Assembly (NCBI RefSeq): GCF_009914755.1
Contig: NC_060927.1
DNA from: the human T2T-CHM13v2.0 reference genome, Homo sapiens
Length of the DNA: 64,000 nucleotides
Reading direction: 5' to 3' (one strand)
The translations under genes were made by a program, and so were the position numbers. The number at the start of each line of letters is the position of its first letter. The first letter of the stretch is position 1. The notes under the pieces are model-generated. The model did no database searches, was not told the origin of the DNA, and saw only the letters and a list, made by a program, of their open reading frames with translations. Below, piece by piece: positions 19,845 to 35,308 of the stretch.

Positions 19845-19846
<2 letters not shown>

Positions 19847-19878
<32 letters not shown>

Positions 19879-20032
19879 CGGAGTCTCACTCTGTTGCCCA
19901 GGCTGGAGTGCAGTGGCACTATCTCAGCTCACTGCAACCTCCGTCTCCTGGGTTCAAGCTATTCTTGTGCCTCAGCCTCCTGAGAATCTAGGATTACAGG
20001 TGCCTGCCACCATGCCCGACAAATTTTTGTAT
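19847..20032 (-). mobile_element. Alu right arm only
   Basis: Poly-T then agacggagtctcactctg, ending at the middle A-rich linker (aatttttgtat). Confidence 0.9.
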
Positions 20033-20869
20033 GCTTGCATTTTGTATAGGTGATTCTAGGCCCTGGAAAAAGGAATAGGACCCTACGGTAGTTGAAGAAA
20101 GTATTCTGAGAGAGAAAATAAAAGATAGCCCTATTGTAAAATTTTGTTTAAAAGGAATTAACAAGTAATCACATGACATAAAATATAATGAGTCACTATT
20201 GACTGTTGAATCTAATATGTGAATAAAAATGTTCTTTATCTCAGGATCAAGCATCAGGTTTCAACTGTCTATTAGAGTTAGTGTGGCAAGTGGATGAGAA
20301 CCAGGATTAAAATGTTTATATGTTATTTTGTTCCTAATACTAAAGAATACATATCCTAATCTGTAAATTAATCCTTCTTAAGCATTTGTGGTTTACTTGA
20401 TTCTTTCCCCCTATATCATTCTTTATCTTTTAATGGAAGATGATGAAATAGCAGTAATTGGCTAATGAGTTTAAGTGCTGTGTTAGCAGTGAAAAGTTTT
20501 GGTTGCCTTAAGGGCTCCTCCTGAGCAGATTATTACATACCCATAGTGATATTCAGACTGGTTAGCAATTTCAAATGCTTTGCTGAATCTGAAAATTGGT
20601 ATATAATCCATTACATGCCTTTGTGTATTTTTTATTCCACTTCAGTAAGCCCAAAGCAATTTTTATGAATAGCCAGCTTTAGTGAAATTGTAAAAATGAG
20701 TTGAATTTTCTTGGTACTTACCAACCATGACTTTCTTGTCTTTTTACCTAGTTATACAATTCCCCAATTACCCAATATTTTATCTCCTGAAGCCTCTCTC
20801 CTGAGTTCAGTGTTTGAAGGCTGACCAGGTCCTAATCTTCAGAACATCACTCTTTTCTCTGCATATTAA

Positions 20870-21055
20870 CACAGTGATGAAGAGCATGAGCTTTGGATTG
20901 AGACAAAACTGGATTTACATAACATTTACACTTACCAGTTATGTGTCCTTGGGCAAGCCTCCATTTTCTTCTTGGTGAAATAAGTATATTACTAGTTCAG
21001 TCACAAGGGTTTAATGTACTAATATCTGTAAAGGGCTCAAGATAGCTGAGAAAGA
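20870..21055 (+). mobile_element. MIR
   Basis: agagcatgagctttgg...cttaccagttatgtgtccttgggcaag MIR core. Confidence 0.65.
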
Positions 21056-21099
21056 GTAAATATTTTTTTTTAAAAAAGTTGGTCCCGTAGAAGCACTTA

Positions 21100-24000
21100 T
21101 GGATGGTGGCTCAGCAAACAAGGAGCTCAGCAAAACTTCCTTCCATAGAAACAACCGTGAGTGATGAATATCATAAAATAAAGCATTCATTTAAAATCTC
21201 TATAAGTTGTCCTAAGGGCATAAATAATACGGAAACATTTATTCAAGAAAATGTACTAAATCATGGTAAGAACAATGAGGATGTGTGGCAACCTCTTTTC
21301 CCATCGCCCATCTCTTGAGCTCAGTATGACAGAAGGTCTCCCATAGGCTGTTGCAGCACAAAACACTGAATTATCTTCCTCCAGTTCCCGGTTTAGGGCT
21401 ATAACATCTCCCCAGAAGATGCAGGCTACCAGTATTCCTTATCTTCACCAGTTCCACATTGCAGAAATTTCACACCAGGCAAGAAAGGCTGAGTGATATG
21501 TAGCTCTCATCATCCATCCAGTTCCTGCTCACAGGGAAGAAGTTCTACTCAAATAAGACCGGCTAAGAATACGGGATCCCCAAAAACCCTTACCCAGCTC
21601 ACTCATATGGCAGAGACTTGAAGCTGAAGAAGAAAAACTGAGAAGACTACAGGCTACTGCTCCTACCTTGAGGCCTGCTTTTGAGTCAGGGCATTACTTT
21701 GAGAGATGGAAGCCACTGTCCATGGACACCACGGCATCTCAGTGGCTCAGAGATTCTACTCATGAGAGAGGCAGGCTGTGAGAAAAGAGTTTCATCCCTA
21801 AGGGACCTGACTTTATTTGAAACAGAGTGCCGGGAAGTTTAAGCTTAAGAGTGTTTATGAATAAAAACAGAAACAAAAACAGAAAAAAACAGTGGAGATT
21901 GTAGTGGTAAACAATTAAGAAGAGACTGGCAGCTACATGATAGTAACACACAAAACCATAATCAGGTAAAAGTTTAACAGCACAAACTAGAGAAAAGACA
22001 GTTAAGAAAAGCCCCACTGGGTGATAGAGCAAGTCTCAAGGTCCAGCCTCAATGACTGTCGTTGCCAACAAGTCCCAAATTGCTTGGATCATATGTAGAG
22101 TATGTTATGCCCCAGGGACTTGTCAAAACAATACTACAATCAAGTAGTAATTAATGGATACTGGATGTGATATCAATGAGGAAGTTTTGCCAGAGGTTAT
22201 TGAGAAAAGTAGAGTAAAAAACACTGGAAAAAATGTAGTTAAAACCATTTTCTTTTCTAAGGGCAGGGATTTATGGTGACTGTGTGTATGTCCATGTTGG
22301 TGCCGTCTGAAAACTGACACTAGAGTCTGCAGACTGCCGGAGAACTAGACTTTAGTGAAATAATGTAGCCAAACAAACACATACATAAGCATAATAAATT
22401 TTAAAAAATGTTTATTGAGGCAAATAACAATAACAAGTAGCTCTGGAGTGGGAGTAGGACCACTTACATAGAATTGTAAAAATTTGAATCTAAAATTATC
22501 ATGTTTCAGCACAAAAATAAACCATATATATGATATATGATATATATCACATATGATTCATAATATATGATATATATCACATATGATTCATAATATATGA
22601 TATCTATTATATATGGTATATATGATTATGATATATGATATATATCTATATATATTATATATGGTATATATATATGTGTGTGTGTGTGTATTTATATTAT
22701 ATGATCCAGGCAGAGGAAAAAAAGCAGGTAACAAAATAGCCAAAACAACATTGAAAAAGAACAGTTTTGGAGGACTCATTCTTCCAAATTTAACAGTGCA
22801 AACATACGGTAACCAATACAGTGTGGTGCTGGTGTAAACACAGACATACAATTCATTGGAACAGAATTAAGAGTACAAAAATAAATCTTTATACTTATGG
22901 TCAACTCCTTTTCAACAAGAGTGTCAAGAAAATTTAGTGCAGAAAAACAGTTTTTACAACAAAGGATGCTGGAATAACTGGTACTGGAATATCCACATGC
23001 AAAATAATAAATTTGGACCACTTCGTTATATACCATCTGCACAAATTAACTAAAAATGCATCAAAAATTTGTGTAAGAGTTAAAACCATACAGTTTTTAG
23101 GAAAAAAAAATCTAGGAGTAAATCTATATGAAGCTGTGTTAGGCAAATCCTACTTACATATGACACCTCACATACAAACAAGAGAAGAGAATAGATAAAT
23201 TAGACTTCATTAAATTTAAAATTTTTTGTGCAGCCAACAATGTCAGGAAAATAAAAAGACAACTCATAAAATGGGGGCAAGTATTTACAAGTCATATACC
23301 TGAAAATAAACTTGTATTTGGAAAACATTTTTAAAACTCATATAACTGAATAATAAAAAGATGAATATACCAATTTAAAGTTGGGCAAATATTCTAAATG
23401 GATATTTTTCCTAAGACATACAAGTGTCTAAACTGCATCTGAAACTATGTTCAACATCATTAGCCACTAGGGAAATGCAAATCAAAACCCCATTCACACA
23501 TATTAGGGTATCTATAATGAAAAACACCAAAAAGTATTGTGAATTGTGGAGAAATACGAACCCTTAATACGTCTCCTTTAGAAAATGGTTTGGCAATTCC
23601 TGAAAATGTTTAGTGTAGAGTTAGAACATAATCTAGTAATTTCACCCAAGAGAAATTAAAATATATGTCTGCATGAAAATTTGTACATAAATGTTCATAG
23701 CAGCATTATTCATAATAGCAAAAAATTGAAACAACCCAAACATCCATAAGCTGATTAATGGTTAAGCAATATGTGGTATATCCATGAAATGGAATGTTGT
23801 TCAGGCCTAACAAGAATGAAGTCCTGATACATGCTCTAACATGGATGGATGTTACAAATATTATGTTCATAAAGAGCTAGTCACAAAGGAAGATGTATGA
23901 TAATATTTCATTTATATAAACTGTCCAGAATAAGAAAATGTACAGAGACAGAAGGTGGAGGCCAACCGTTGTTGGAAGGTGATAGAAAGTGACTTTTATT

Positions 24001-24122
24001 CCATTTTGCTGATGATGAAAATGTTCTAAGCTTAGATTGTAATGATGGTTGCATAACACTGTAAATATGCTAGGAAAAAAATTAAATGCATATATTTTAT
24101 GGTATATAAATGATATCTTCAA
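21100..24122 (+). mobile_element. Old L1M/L1MB: 5' region joined to 3' ORF2 and 3'UTR
   Basis: L1M-like 5' sequence to about 22500, then an ORF2 C-terminal remnant (IAKTTLKKNSFGGLILPN) from about 22730 and an L1MB-type 3' end. Confidence 0.7.
22525..22702. repeat. AT-rich low-complexity repeat containing a 30-bp tandem unit
   Basis: tatatgatatatatcacatatgattcataa occurs twice in tandem, followed by degenerate (TA)/(TG) runs. Confidence 0.85.
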
Positions 24123-24227
24123 AAAGTCCTAAAGGACTGGTGAGACTGGTGATGCTCTTCAGTAACAATAAACTTGACTTTCATCTATTTTTTCAAAGTT
24201 TTTGACAATAAATTAGTTCAATGAAGG

Positions 24228-24519
24228 TTTTTTTGTTTTGTTTTGTTTTTTTAAGAGGCAAGGTCTTGGTCTGTCACCCAGGCTGGAGTGCAGTGCTGCT
24301 CACTGTAACCTCAAACTCCTGGGTTCAACCTCTCACCCCAGCCTTCTGAGTAGCTAGGACTACAGGCTCGCACCACCACACCTCGCTAATTTTTAAATTT
24401 TCTGTAGATATGGGTCTCACTATGTTGACCACACTAGTCTCCAAGTCCTGGCCTCATTGATTCTCCTGTGTAAGCCTCCCAAAGCACTGGGATTACAGGC
24501 ATGAGCCACTGTGCCCTGC
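24228..24519 (-). mobile_element. AluJ
   Basis: Diverged Alu dimer with J-type motifs (cctcaaactcctggg, gggtctcactatgttg). Confidence 0.88.
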
Positions 24520-25367
24520 TTCAATCAAGTCTTAATATGATAAAGTAGCTCTTCTTTTCATAATAACTCATATACAAAATACAAAAGACATCTTTTTTTT
24601 AGTGTACTCTGCATGCAAATGAGAAAAAAATCTCTGTGAGATAAAAATGTAATAAAGTACACAATAATTTTGTTACCAAAGGATGCTTACTGATGTGTTA
24701 AAAAAATTCAACACCAAAGTTGATGTGAAAATAGATTGGGTAGTCTATAGGCCTACACATACAGAAGCATAAAAAAACTGAAGCGATATACATCAAAATA
24801 TTAAGTACTGTTATTTTGTTGGTAGAATTACATGTGATTGTTTAATTTTTATTATTTTCTGTATTCATATTTCTACAACTGCACATATTCTTTTTTATAA
24901 TTAGAAAGAATATTATTTTTGTCAAAAGAGTAAAAAGAAAGATGTAACTTTTTCAAAAAGGTAACCTAAGTAATTATTACAGGTTTTTATAACTTACCTA
25001 TATGTAAGAAAGGATACTAGATGATATAAAAAATGTAAAGATATGTAAAACTCTGGTTAGTCTTCCAGGAATTTATCATTTAGTAAAAAGCTGAGTTCTG
25101 TACATAAAGCCACAAAATTTAAACCTAATATATGATTGATTTTACATATGTATAATGTATGTCTTATATATGCATATTAGTAGCCACAGTGCTGGGGTAA
25201 CTTTTTGAGGAGGATCCTTTTCTGACAAGGAGACTCCATGGAAAAGGTGATTTGCATTGTGTCTTTCAATTTGGTTACGCTGTTAAGTTGTGTAAGGACA
25301 GATGTTATTCTTGGCTAAGAGCATAATGTGGATAAATATCCTGAAATTTAAACACATAATAATGATT

Positions 25368-25747
<380 letters not shown>

Positions 25748-26287
25748 CTAGGAAATGATGTAGAGGATGAAAAGTGGAGGTCAAAGGTGATGTTCTGAAT
25801 TTATCATGGATTAGTTTTGATGAGTAGAAATTAAATCAGCAGGGAGTATGTAGGAGAACACTCCTGGGAGAAAGATTAAAGAAGAGAAAAGGATTTTCTG
25901 AATGTATATGAAGATAGTGACTAGGGCTGGAGCTTACATAGAATGTTAGAAGAAAGCAGTAGGACTTGGTTATCTCAGGAAGGATTTCAGAGTTTAATTC
26001 ATAGGTGGTGGAGCTCAATCAAAATTTTCAAAGAAAGAGAGTAATGATATAAACCATAATGCACTTTAAAAATTTTATATAGAACTAAGCATGTCTTATT
26101 TTAATGTGCTATTCATTTATGTTTTCCACCCTTTTTCTGTAAACTTTCGGGATGCAAAGACTGTAACTAAGTGGCATTCAATAAACATTTGCTTAATAAA
26201 TGGATAGATGAAAGAAGGAATCTGTAACACAAGATATTATTTTAAATAAAAGTACGACTATAAAATTAACATTAAAGAACAAATAGT

Positions 26288-26528
26288 GCCAGCCTGGGCA
26301 ATATTATAGTGAGACCTCATCTGTACAAAAAAATTTAAAAATAAAACAATAGCCAAATGTGGTGGCATGTGCCTGTAGTCCCAGCTACTCAGGAGGTGGG
26401 AGGATTGCTATAGCTTGGGAAATGGAGGCTGCACTGAGCTGAGATCATGGTACTACACTCCAGCCTGTGGAGTAGAATAAGACCTTGTCTCAAAAAAAAA
26501 CAAAAAATAAAAAACAAACAAAAAAAAA
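26288..26528 (+). mobile_element. AluJ, 5'-truncated
   Basis: ccagcctgggcaatattatagtgagacc...gtagtcccagctactcaggagg...A-rich tail. Confidence 0.85.
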
Positions 26529-26599
26529 TAGTGAACGGCAATAATAAGAACTTAAATCACTGTAATTAATTCAAGTTACTTCTCTTGGTGTTCAAATAT

Positions 26600-26780
26600 T
26601 AGGCCAGTAATTATGCTTTAGGATACATCGGAATCACCTTATCAAAACACAGATCACTGCTTCACCACCAAATTTTCTTATTCAACAGATTTTATTGCTA
26701 AAGACATTTTATTACCAAAAAACATCACAGATAATGCCCTTAATGTTGACCTGAGGACATGCTTTGAGAAACTCTGAATT
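26600..26780. mobile_element. MER5A-like hAT MITE
   Basis: catcggaatcacctt...aaaacacagat...gaggacatgctttgagaaactctg. Confidence 0.55.
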
Positions 26781-26909
26781 AGAATATTTTCTCCACCATC
26801 TTAATCTGGTTATTCTTATTAGGAATTTTTAACAACCACAAACATACAATTTTCTATATACTAGATTGAAAAAAAAAACACACGATGAGTGAATATTTTC
26901 ATGTGCTGG

Positions 26910-27300
26910 GAGGTAGTGTAATACAATGAAAAGAGCATAGATTTTAGTTCTAATACAACAAATGTTGGATTTTGGCTTCATATCTTTCTTGTTGTTGGCT
27001 TTGAGCAAGTCACTGACCTCTGAGTGGGTGGCACATAATTGTACTCAGTTGTAGCACTATAAGAGAGTGGTTAATGGCAAGAGTTTAAAGGTCAAACAGA
27101 ATTCTTATTATTTTCTCACTTCCTGTTACATATTCTAGCATGCAACATTGAAAAAATTTAATTTATCTGAACCTCACCTTTCAGATATATAAAAATATTT
27201 ATCTTACAGTGTTATTGTAAGGATTATAAAAGATAATATACAAAGAACTTGAAACCTTACTTAACACAAAACTACTCAATATAGACTAGAATTATTTTTG
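26910..27300 (+). mobile_element. Two MIR fragments
   Basis: gtagtgtaatacaatgaaaagagcatag...ttgagcaagtcact and ttaatttatctgaacctc...gttattgtaaggatta. Confidence 0.55.
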
Positions 27301-27548
27301 TTATTCATTATTTAAAGTACTTCCTCTTTGAAAGAAAAATAAATTTTTACATCAACATTATTCTTGCTTACTAAGCTTTAAAGTTTGTTCATTTGTTTAT
27401 TTCCTTTCTTGTGCACCATATTAGCTGGGAACTCGCTATATCTATTCTTACACAGTATTATTTCTCTTAAATGGTCCAATACAATAACAGGGTTTTGTTG
27501 TTGTTGTTCAACAGGATGGCATAATATTACATACATTTGGATATATTA

Positions 27549-28109
27549 TGTGAAAATAAGCAAAGATCAATCAAATGAGAACAAGCAAAGGGTACTCATT
27601 CAGAGCTTGCTCTAGCAAGGGTGTCAGCCATCATGACTTGCATTTTGACAGAGATACAAAGGCAAACAGAGAGGTGGGAAAATCATAGAGTGAAAGAAAG
27701 GGAAGATTTTAAGTATGCCCTGATTGGAGGTTTGGTGTAGGGAAACTGTAGGTGGGCTAACTAGAAGTGAGGCCTTCTACATGCTTGGCTAGGGGTACAT
27801 ATTTGACTTTCTCTGGTTGGTCCTAAGTTTGAAGCAAAGACAAAAATTAAGGAAGCTGTCTGTTATCAATCAAGTTTTGGCTTTTTTGTGACAATTGTTC
27901 TAAGGATATTGTTTGGCTTCTTGTATTTACTGCTAAAGCTAGCAGTATGAATTTCTACAAGTCTGGCTTATTAATAGCAGGCTAGCTTCTGGGCTGGGTG
28001 CAACAGATAATGGCTTGGTTTCCTAGGCTGATTCCTGTAGATTGTTTATTCAGAGTTTTATTTGTATATATAATCTAGCCATCATTCATTTGTACATTCT
28101 ATTTCTCAG
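27549..28109 (-). mobile_element. ERV1-class solo LTR (MER90/MER110/LOR1-like)
   Basis: tgtgaaaataag...tctca termini, a CCAAT box (ctgattgg) and cagcccagaagctagcc repeats on the minus strand. Confidence 0.6.
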
Positions 28110-28255
28110 TAAATTGTTTACTTAATAATAGCAACTTTATATTTTAATAAATGCTTTGGTTGACTTTCTTATCTTTGTAAATATGGTTATTTAAAAGTAA
28201 CAAGATAGTGGATAATCAAAAAAAAAACACCATAGACAAATTAAAGCTTACTGTG

Positions 28256-28556
28256 GGCTGGGTGCCTTGGCTCACGCCTGTAATCTCTTTGGGAGGCCAA
28301 GGTGAGCAGATCACGAGGTCAAGAGACCAAGACCATCCTGGCGAACATGGTGAAACCCTATCTCTACTAAAAATACAAATATTAGCTTGGCATGGGGGCG
28401 CACACCTTTAGTCCCAGCTACTCAGGAGGATGGGGCAGGAGAATCACTTGAAACTGGGAGGCAGAGATTGCAGTGAGTCGAGATCTTGCCATTGCACTCC
28501 AGCCTGGCGACAGAGCTACATTCAGTCTCAAAACAACAACAACAAACAACAACAAC
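28256..28556 (+). mobile_element. AluSc-like with (CAA)n tail
   Basis: Alu dimer with an imperfect TSD (cttactgtg/cttacggtg). Confidence 0.92.
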
Positions 28557-29329
28557 TTACGGTGAAGGCAATTGGATATACCTTTAAAAAATGGTGAGTT
28601 GGTGTTTTGTTGTAATTTCTCTTTCTTTTTTTTATGATGTATGTATGGATACATTTTACACGGGGTTAGTATAACACAGTGTCAAAAAAAATCCTTTGTT
28701 TGTTGCTGTTTTTCGTAACAATGTCAAAAACTCACAGACATTTATTAAGAAATTTTAAAAAAGATAAAATCTAGTATATATCAGAAAATGTGTGGTGTAA
28801 TTTTTTTATTATTATAATAATGGTGTTTTTTCCAAACGTTATACAAATTTGTAGTCATACAATAGCAACTTTTTTTCTAGTAACCTTTTTTCTGATTTTC
28901 AAAAGACCAAAATGAATAAAACTGATTAACCATTTTAAAGAAAATTTGCAAGTGTATAGAACAGAGGTTTTTTAAAATTCACACATTTAGAATATTATTT
29001 TTTAAATTTATAGCTAATTAGTTCATTTTCACCCATTTCATTGTGAAATTACATTATTTCATTGGAGATTATTGGCAATGTCAAGTTTGGTTTAATTTTG
29101 CAATCTATAGAAGCATATGTAATTGACTTCATTTTTAGAATTAAAGTAATTTATTGAAGTTATATCTATATCTAAATTTAGCTTGCAAAATTATTTTGAA
29201 GTGTTAATGCCAAGTTTTCTTAATGTGTCTGTTTTCTTGCTAAAGTTACATATGTTTAAATCTGATTTATCCTTCACTTTGTGACCTATTGAGAAAAAAT
29301 AAGAGGTAAACTGAGTCACTAATATTTTA

Positions 29330-29560
29330 TCATTTTAAGGTCAGACTGTCTAGGTTGGAATTTTGTCTTTAATCTTTACCAACTGTTGACCTTAAAAATG
29401 TCACTTAATATACCTATGCTATAATTTTCTTATCTAAAAACAGGCATAATAATAGTATCTATCTCATGCTATTTTTGAAGAGTAAGTTAGTTAACGTAAG
29501 CAAAGCAACGAGAACAGTGCCTAGTACAAAGTTAGTACTGAATAAATGGTAGCTATTTTT
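29330..29560 (+). mobile_element. MIR
   Basis: tcagactgtctaggttggaa...gtcacttaat...aataatagtatctatctcat...agaacagtgcctagtaca. Confidence 0.7.
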
Positions 29561-30380
29561 CTGACATTATCTATTTTACTGAGAAAGAGTAATTCAATGA
29601 ATAATTATAGTAATTGTCCTGAGTTCCACTTTAAGCACTATACTATTTCCTAGTATTTCAAATATAAGTAATACCAGGACTGGAAACAAATCTCAAGTAA
29701 TATTGTCACCGTAAGAATATTTTTAACAAATTTGTGAGTTCTAGTGTGTTATTTTTGTAGTTGTATCAACTTCTCTTCCTGATCTAATTATTCATTTGTA
29801 CAAAGATAAGACTTGGTGGTAGTCAGTGTTGTCATGAATGTAGGGACCTTCACTGGATATTCATGAGGGTTCAGAGAAATGTCCAGATCAGCTCAGGACT
29901 GAGAATATCCAACACTGAAAATATAGAGAAATTCAGCATAGCAGCACAGAAAAAGCACTGTATTTGGAATTACAATAACCAATTTCAAGTGTTTTCTGTG
30001 ACAGATAAATGTATAACATTGACTTAATTGGTATTTTCAGATGTCTTGCAAATATTTCATAAGTATTTTGAATACATGAGTTAGTTTTTGAAGAATTGAT
30101 ATCTGCAAGTTTTGTGGTTGTTTTTATAGAAAAGTAGTCTTTACATATTTTGTTACACAGAAGCAAGAACTATACTTTGGAATGTTTTTTTTTCAAGTTT
30201 GGCCTTTCAGAGGAAGGACTTGGATCCTTCTCTGAAATGTACTGAAAACTAAAAACACAGGAAGACTAAACTTATTGCTCCAATAACAATAGAAAATGCC
30301 ACAATTCCAAAACCAAGTGTTATAATACATCTCAACCAAATAGAATAAAATTTGGATAAAACAAAAAAATGATTATAAGA

Positions 30381-30383
<3 letters not shown>

Positions 30384-30419
<36 letters not shown>
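30384..30419. repeat. (GT)18 microsatellite
   Basis: Read directly. Confidence 0.98.
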
Positions 30420-30421
<2 letters not shown>

Positions 30422-30751
30422 ACTGATGTTGATTTCCCAGTGAGAAAATAAAAGAAAATAGAACTAAGTACTGTGGTTCTTATACCTAATTCCTGAAATT
30501 TAAAAAGTGGTAACGAAAGAGCAAAAGCAAAAGGAAAATAAAAATATTTCTTAATAGTAAAATTTCTCAATGGAAAAAAAATGAGATACATAAGTTTCCA
30601 TGCTTTCAGGAAATTGATGTGAACATGAACTTTCTAAAAGCAAACATGCAGTTCAGATTACTTCATTCTTCTATACAAATTTTGCATTAATTTTGTTTTA
30701 TCTGTATCCTTGTATATTTTATAATTTTTATGACTAATTTTCAACATTCTA

Positions 30752-30922
30752 TATTGTTTACTTATTTATTACATTTTTGCCCTCACCTTCCAGGCCCCAC
30801 TAAAATATAACTTACACTGGGCAGGGATCTTAGTTTGTTTTGTTTATTGATATTCTAAGCACTCAGTTAAATAGCAAGTGGTCAACAGATCTCATAAATG
30901 AATAGATGGATAAATGAATGAA
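30752..30922 (+). mobile_element. L2 3' end
   Basis: ccactaaaatataactt...gggcagggatctt...aaatgaatagatggataaatgaatgaa tail. Confidence 0.7.
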
Positions 30923-31074
30923 GTAATAATTTGAAGAAAAAGTATACAAACTAAGGTACTTCTATTCTAGAAAAACAGGAGCCAAGAATATTGAAAATTA
31001 GTCATAAAAATTAGTAAGAATTAATGCATTCTTCTATACAAATTCTAACCCAAAATAATTCGAATGACTTATTT

Positions 31075-31286
31075 GTTCTTGGATATCATCTTCTACTTTT
31101 CCCTTTGGTCACATAATTCCAGCCACACTTGCCTTCTGGTGTTCCCTGACACAGCGTATCCTCCCCTCAGCGTATCCTTCACACTGGCTTTTCGTTCTGC
31201 CATTTCTGAGTTGGGTGCTTGACCAACTCTTTCACTTCCTCTCAGTGTTTGCTCAAATATCACTTTCTCAGAGACCAACCCCGAAC
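31075..31286 (+). mobile_element. L2 fragment
   Basis: ccagccacacttgccttct...tttgctcaaatatcactttctcagaga. Confidence 0.7.
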
Positions 31287-33543
<2,257 letters not shown>

Positions 33544-34117
33544 TGTAAGGGATTTTGATAACTGCTTTAGGTCAATTTTCCTAGACAGTAACCCTGTGAT
33601 GGCTATTTCCACATAAGAATACTGTTTCACTAAGTGGTCAAGCTGTGCCACAAGATAGAATATATCTCAAGTGTTGCCAAGATGGAAAGACAGATATTGT
33701 ACCATCCAGGAAATATACTAGTTCATGATTCAAGCTTGCTAAGAGCAAACAACACTTAACACCAGGCTCAACATTTACATACAGCAAGTGTAGAGAGTGA
33801 GTGCATAAGACCCAGTCCTTTGTAGTGTGTGGATTCCCCATGACTGGTGTATCCATAGAGCAGCCATCATGGAATAGTGTGGCTGCACCCATCCAACTTA
33901 GTACTCCAGTAGGGACTCTGACACATGCATAGCTAAACAGTTTCAAGAGAAGTTTACATGCGTCTTATACAGAGAGAACAGGGACCAACTGGTGATGCTT
34001 TTAGTTCTTTGCATACAATGAGATTTGTGAGTTTGTCAGAATGTCTTGTACTGAGCACATGGTTCTTCTTGGGAACATAAAGGACACATTAGGCTGCACT
34101 TGGATCTTTCCCTCACT
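33544..34117 (-). mobile_element. Putative ERVL-type LTR between env and gag
   Basis: On the minus strand it is preceded by a PPT-like gagagtcaggggtaaac, ends in ...cccttaca, and is followed by the PBS-like motif. Length is about 570 bp. Confidence 0.5.
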
Positions 34118-34229
34118 GTTTACCCCTGACTCTCATGTGTCCTGCAAAAGTAGACCTTATGCATCACTTACATAGACCTGTCAACCATTAGATGATTAGC
34201 CATAGCTGTGTCCCTTTGTCCCAGTACTG

Positions 34230-35290
34230 CTTGTATTATCTGTGATACCTATAAGAACTCATGGAGATCCTGTCAATTGAAGCAGCACTGATAAGGTCCA
34301 GGAGGCAGCCCACTCCAGAATGATAATCAAGACTGCTTGGAGAAGAGTCTACAACTTTCACCCTACATGCCCAAATTCAGCCAGTTGACAAGGTCAAGTA
34401 TTAACTATAATGGTAAGTACAGTAAAACTAACAAGAGCCAGTGTTCTTGTTCATTCAATTTCTGCATGTTAGTCTCCATATGCTGACTGTTACTGATGAC
34501 AGAGCAGAATGTGTTAATTACGACACCTCTTTTTATTCAACCAGAAGGTAGTCAAGGGCAATGCAGTTGTCCAGGATCACTTTCATCTGGGCATTTAGTG
34601 AGTCCTGTTGCTGTATTGAATTAGCTGTGGCTTTAGCCATAGTTATGTCATGGGTAGAGACAGGTTTGACATCATGATCTCTAAGGCACAGACACTATCC
34701 CTGGTATGAGGATGTATATAAAAAATGGAACCAGCTTTCTGATTGGCCCCCAAGGGAGATGGACATTTGGGACATCTGATTGGTAAGTGGGATGGTCTCA
34801 TCCATCCAGAGATGTCATTGTGCAGTAACACCTGGCACCTCAAAACTCCTGAATGAAAGGCCTCTTCTAGAGACAAACATTCTGTGACACTCTGCAAAGG
34901 AACACATGGGGAAGGGAATATATGTCACCTCAACAAAGGACCAGTTGTCTAAATAGCTCCAGTCCAATGGTAGAGGACTTAATTCATCCATGGGCCCACC
35001 GACATTGAAAAGTTACAGGGAGTATTGGTATTCCTAAAAACTCAGTGATGTTTAAAGTCTCCTTTGGCATTGATGTGTCTTTGATGGCATCAAAGAAATG
35101 TTAGTGCATAAAATGTCATATGGTCTTTGAATTTGGATGTGCAGCAGGGGTGTGGCATGTTGTGCAGAGCCATTGTTTGTGAGGGAGACCTGGACAATGT
35201 AGGGCATGATGGACTCACACTGGATCCAAGAACAGTGGTCCAGGGTGATAATAGAAAGTGTAGCTAAGAAATTTCATAAAGATCAAACAA
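34230..35290 (-). pseudogene. Retroviral env relic (TM subunit with ISD; probable SU remnant upstream)
   Basis: Minus strand gives DSLNAQMKVILDNCIALDYLLVE* then, after a frameshift, GVVINTFCSVISNSQHMETNMQKLNEQEHWL, followed by a hydrophobic LLQAVLIIIL anchor. This matches the gamma-type ISD pattern LDNRxALDYLLAxxGGxC. Confidence 0.82.
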
Positions 35291-35308
35291 TTCACAAATG
35301 ACAGATCT

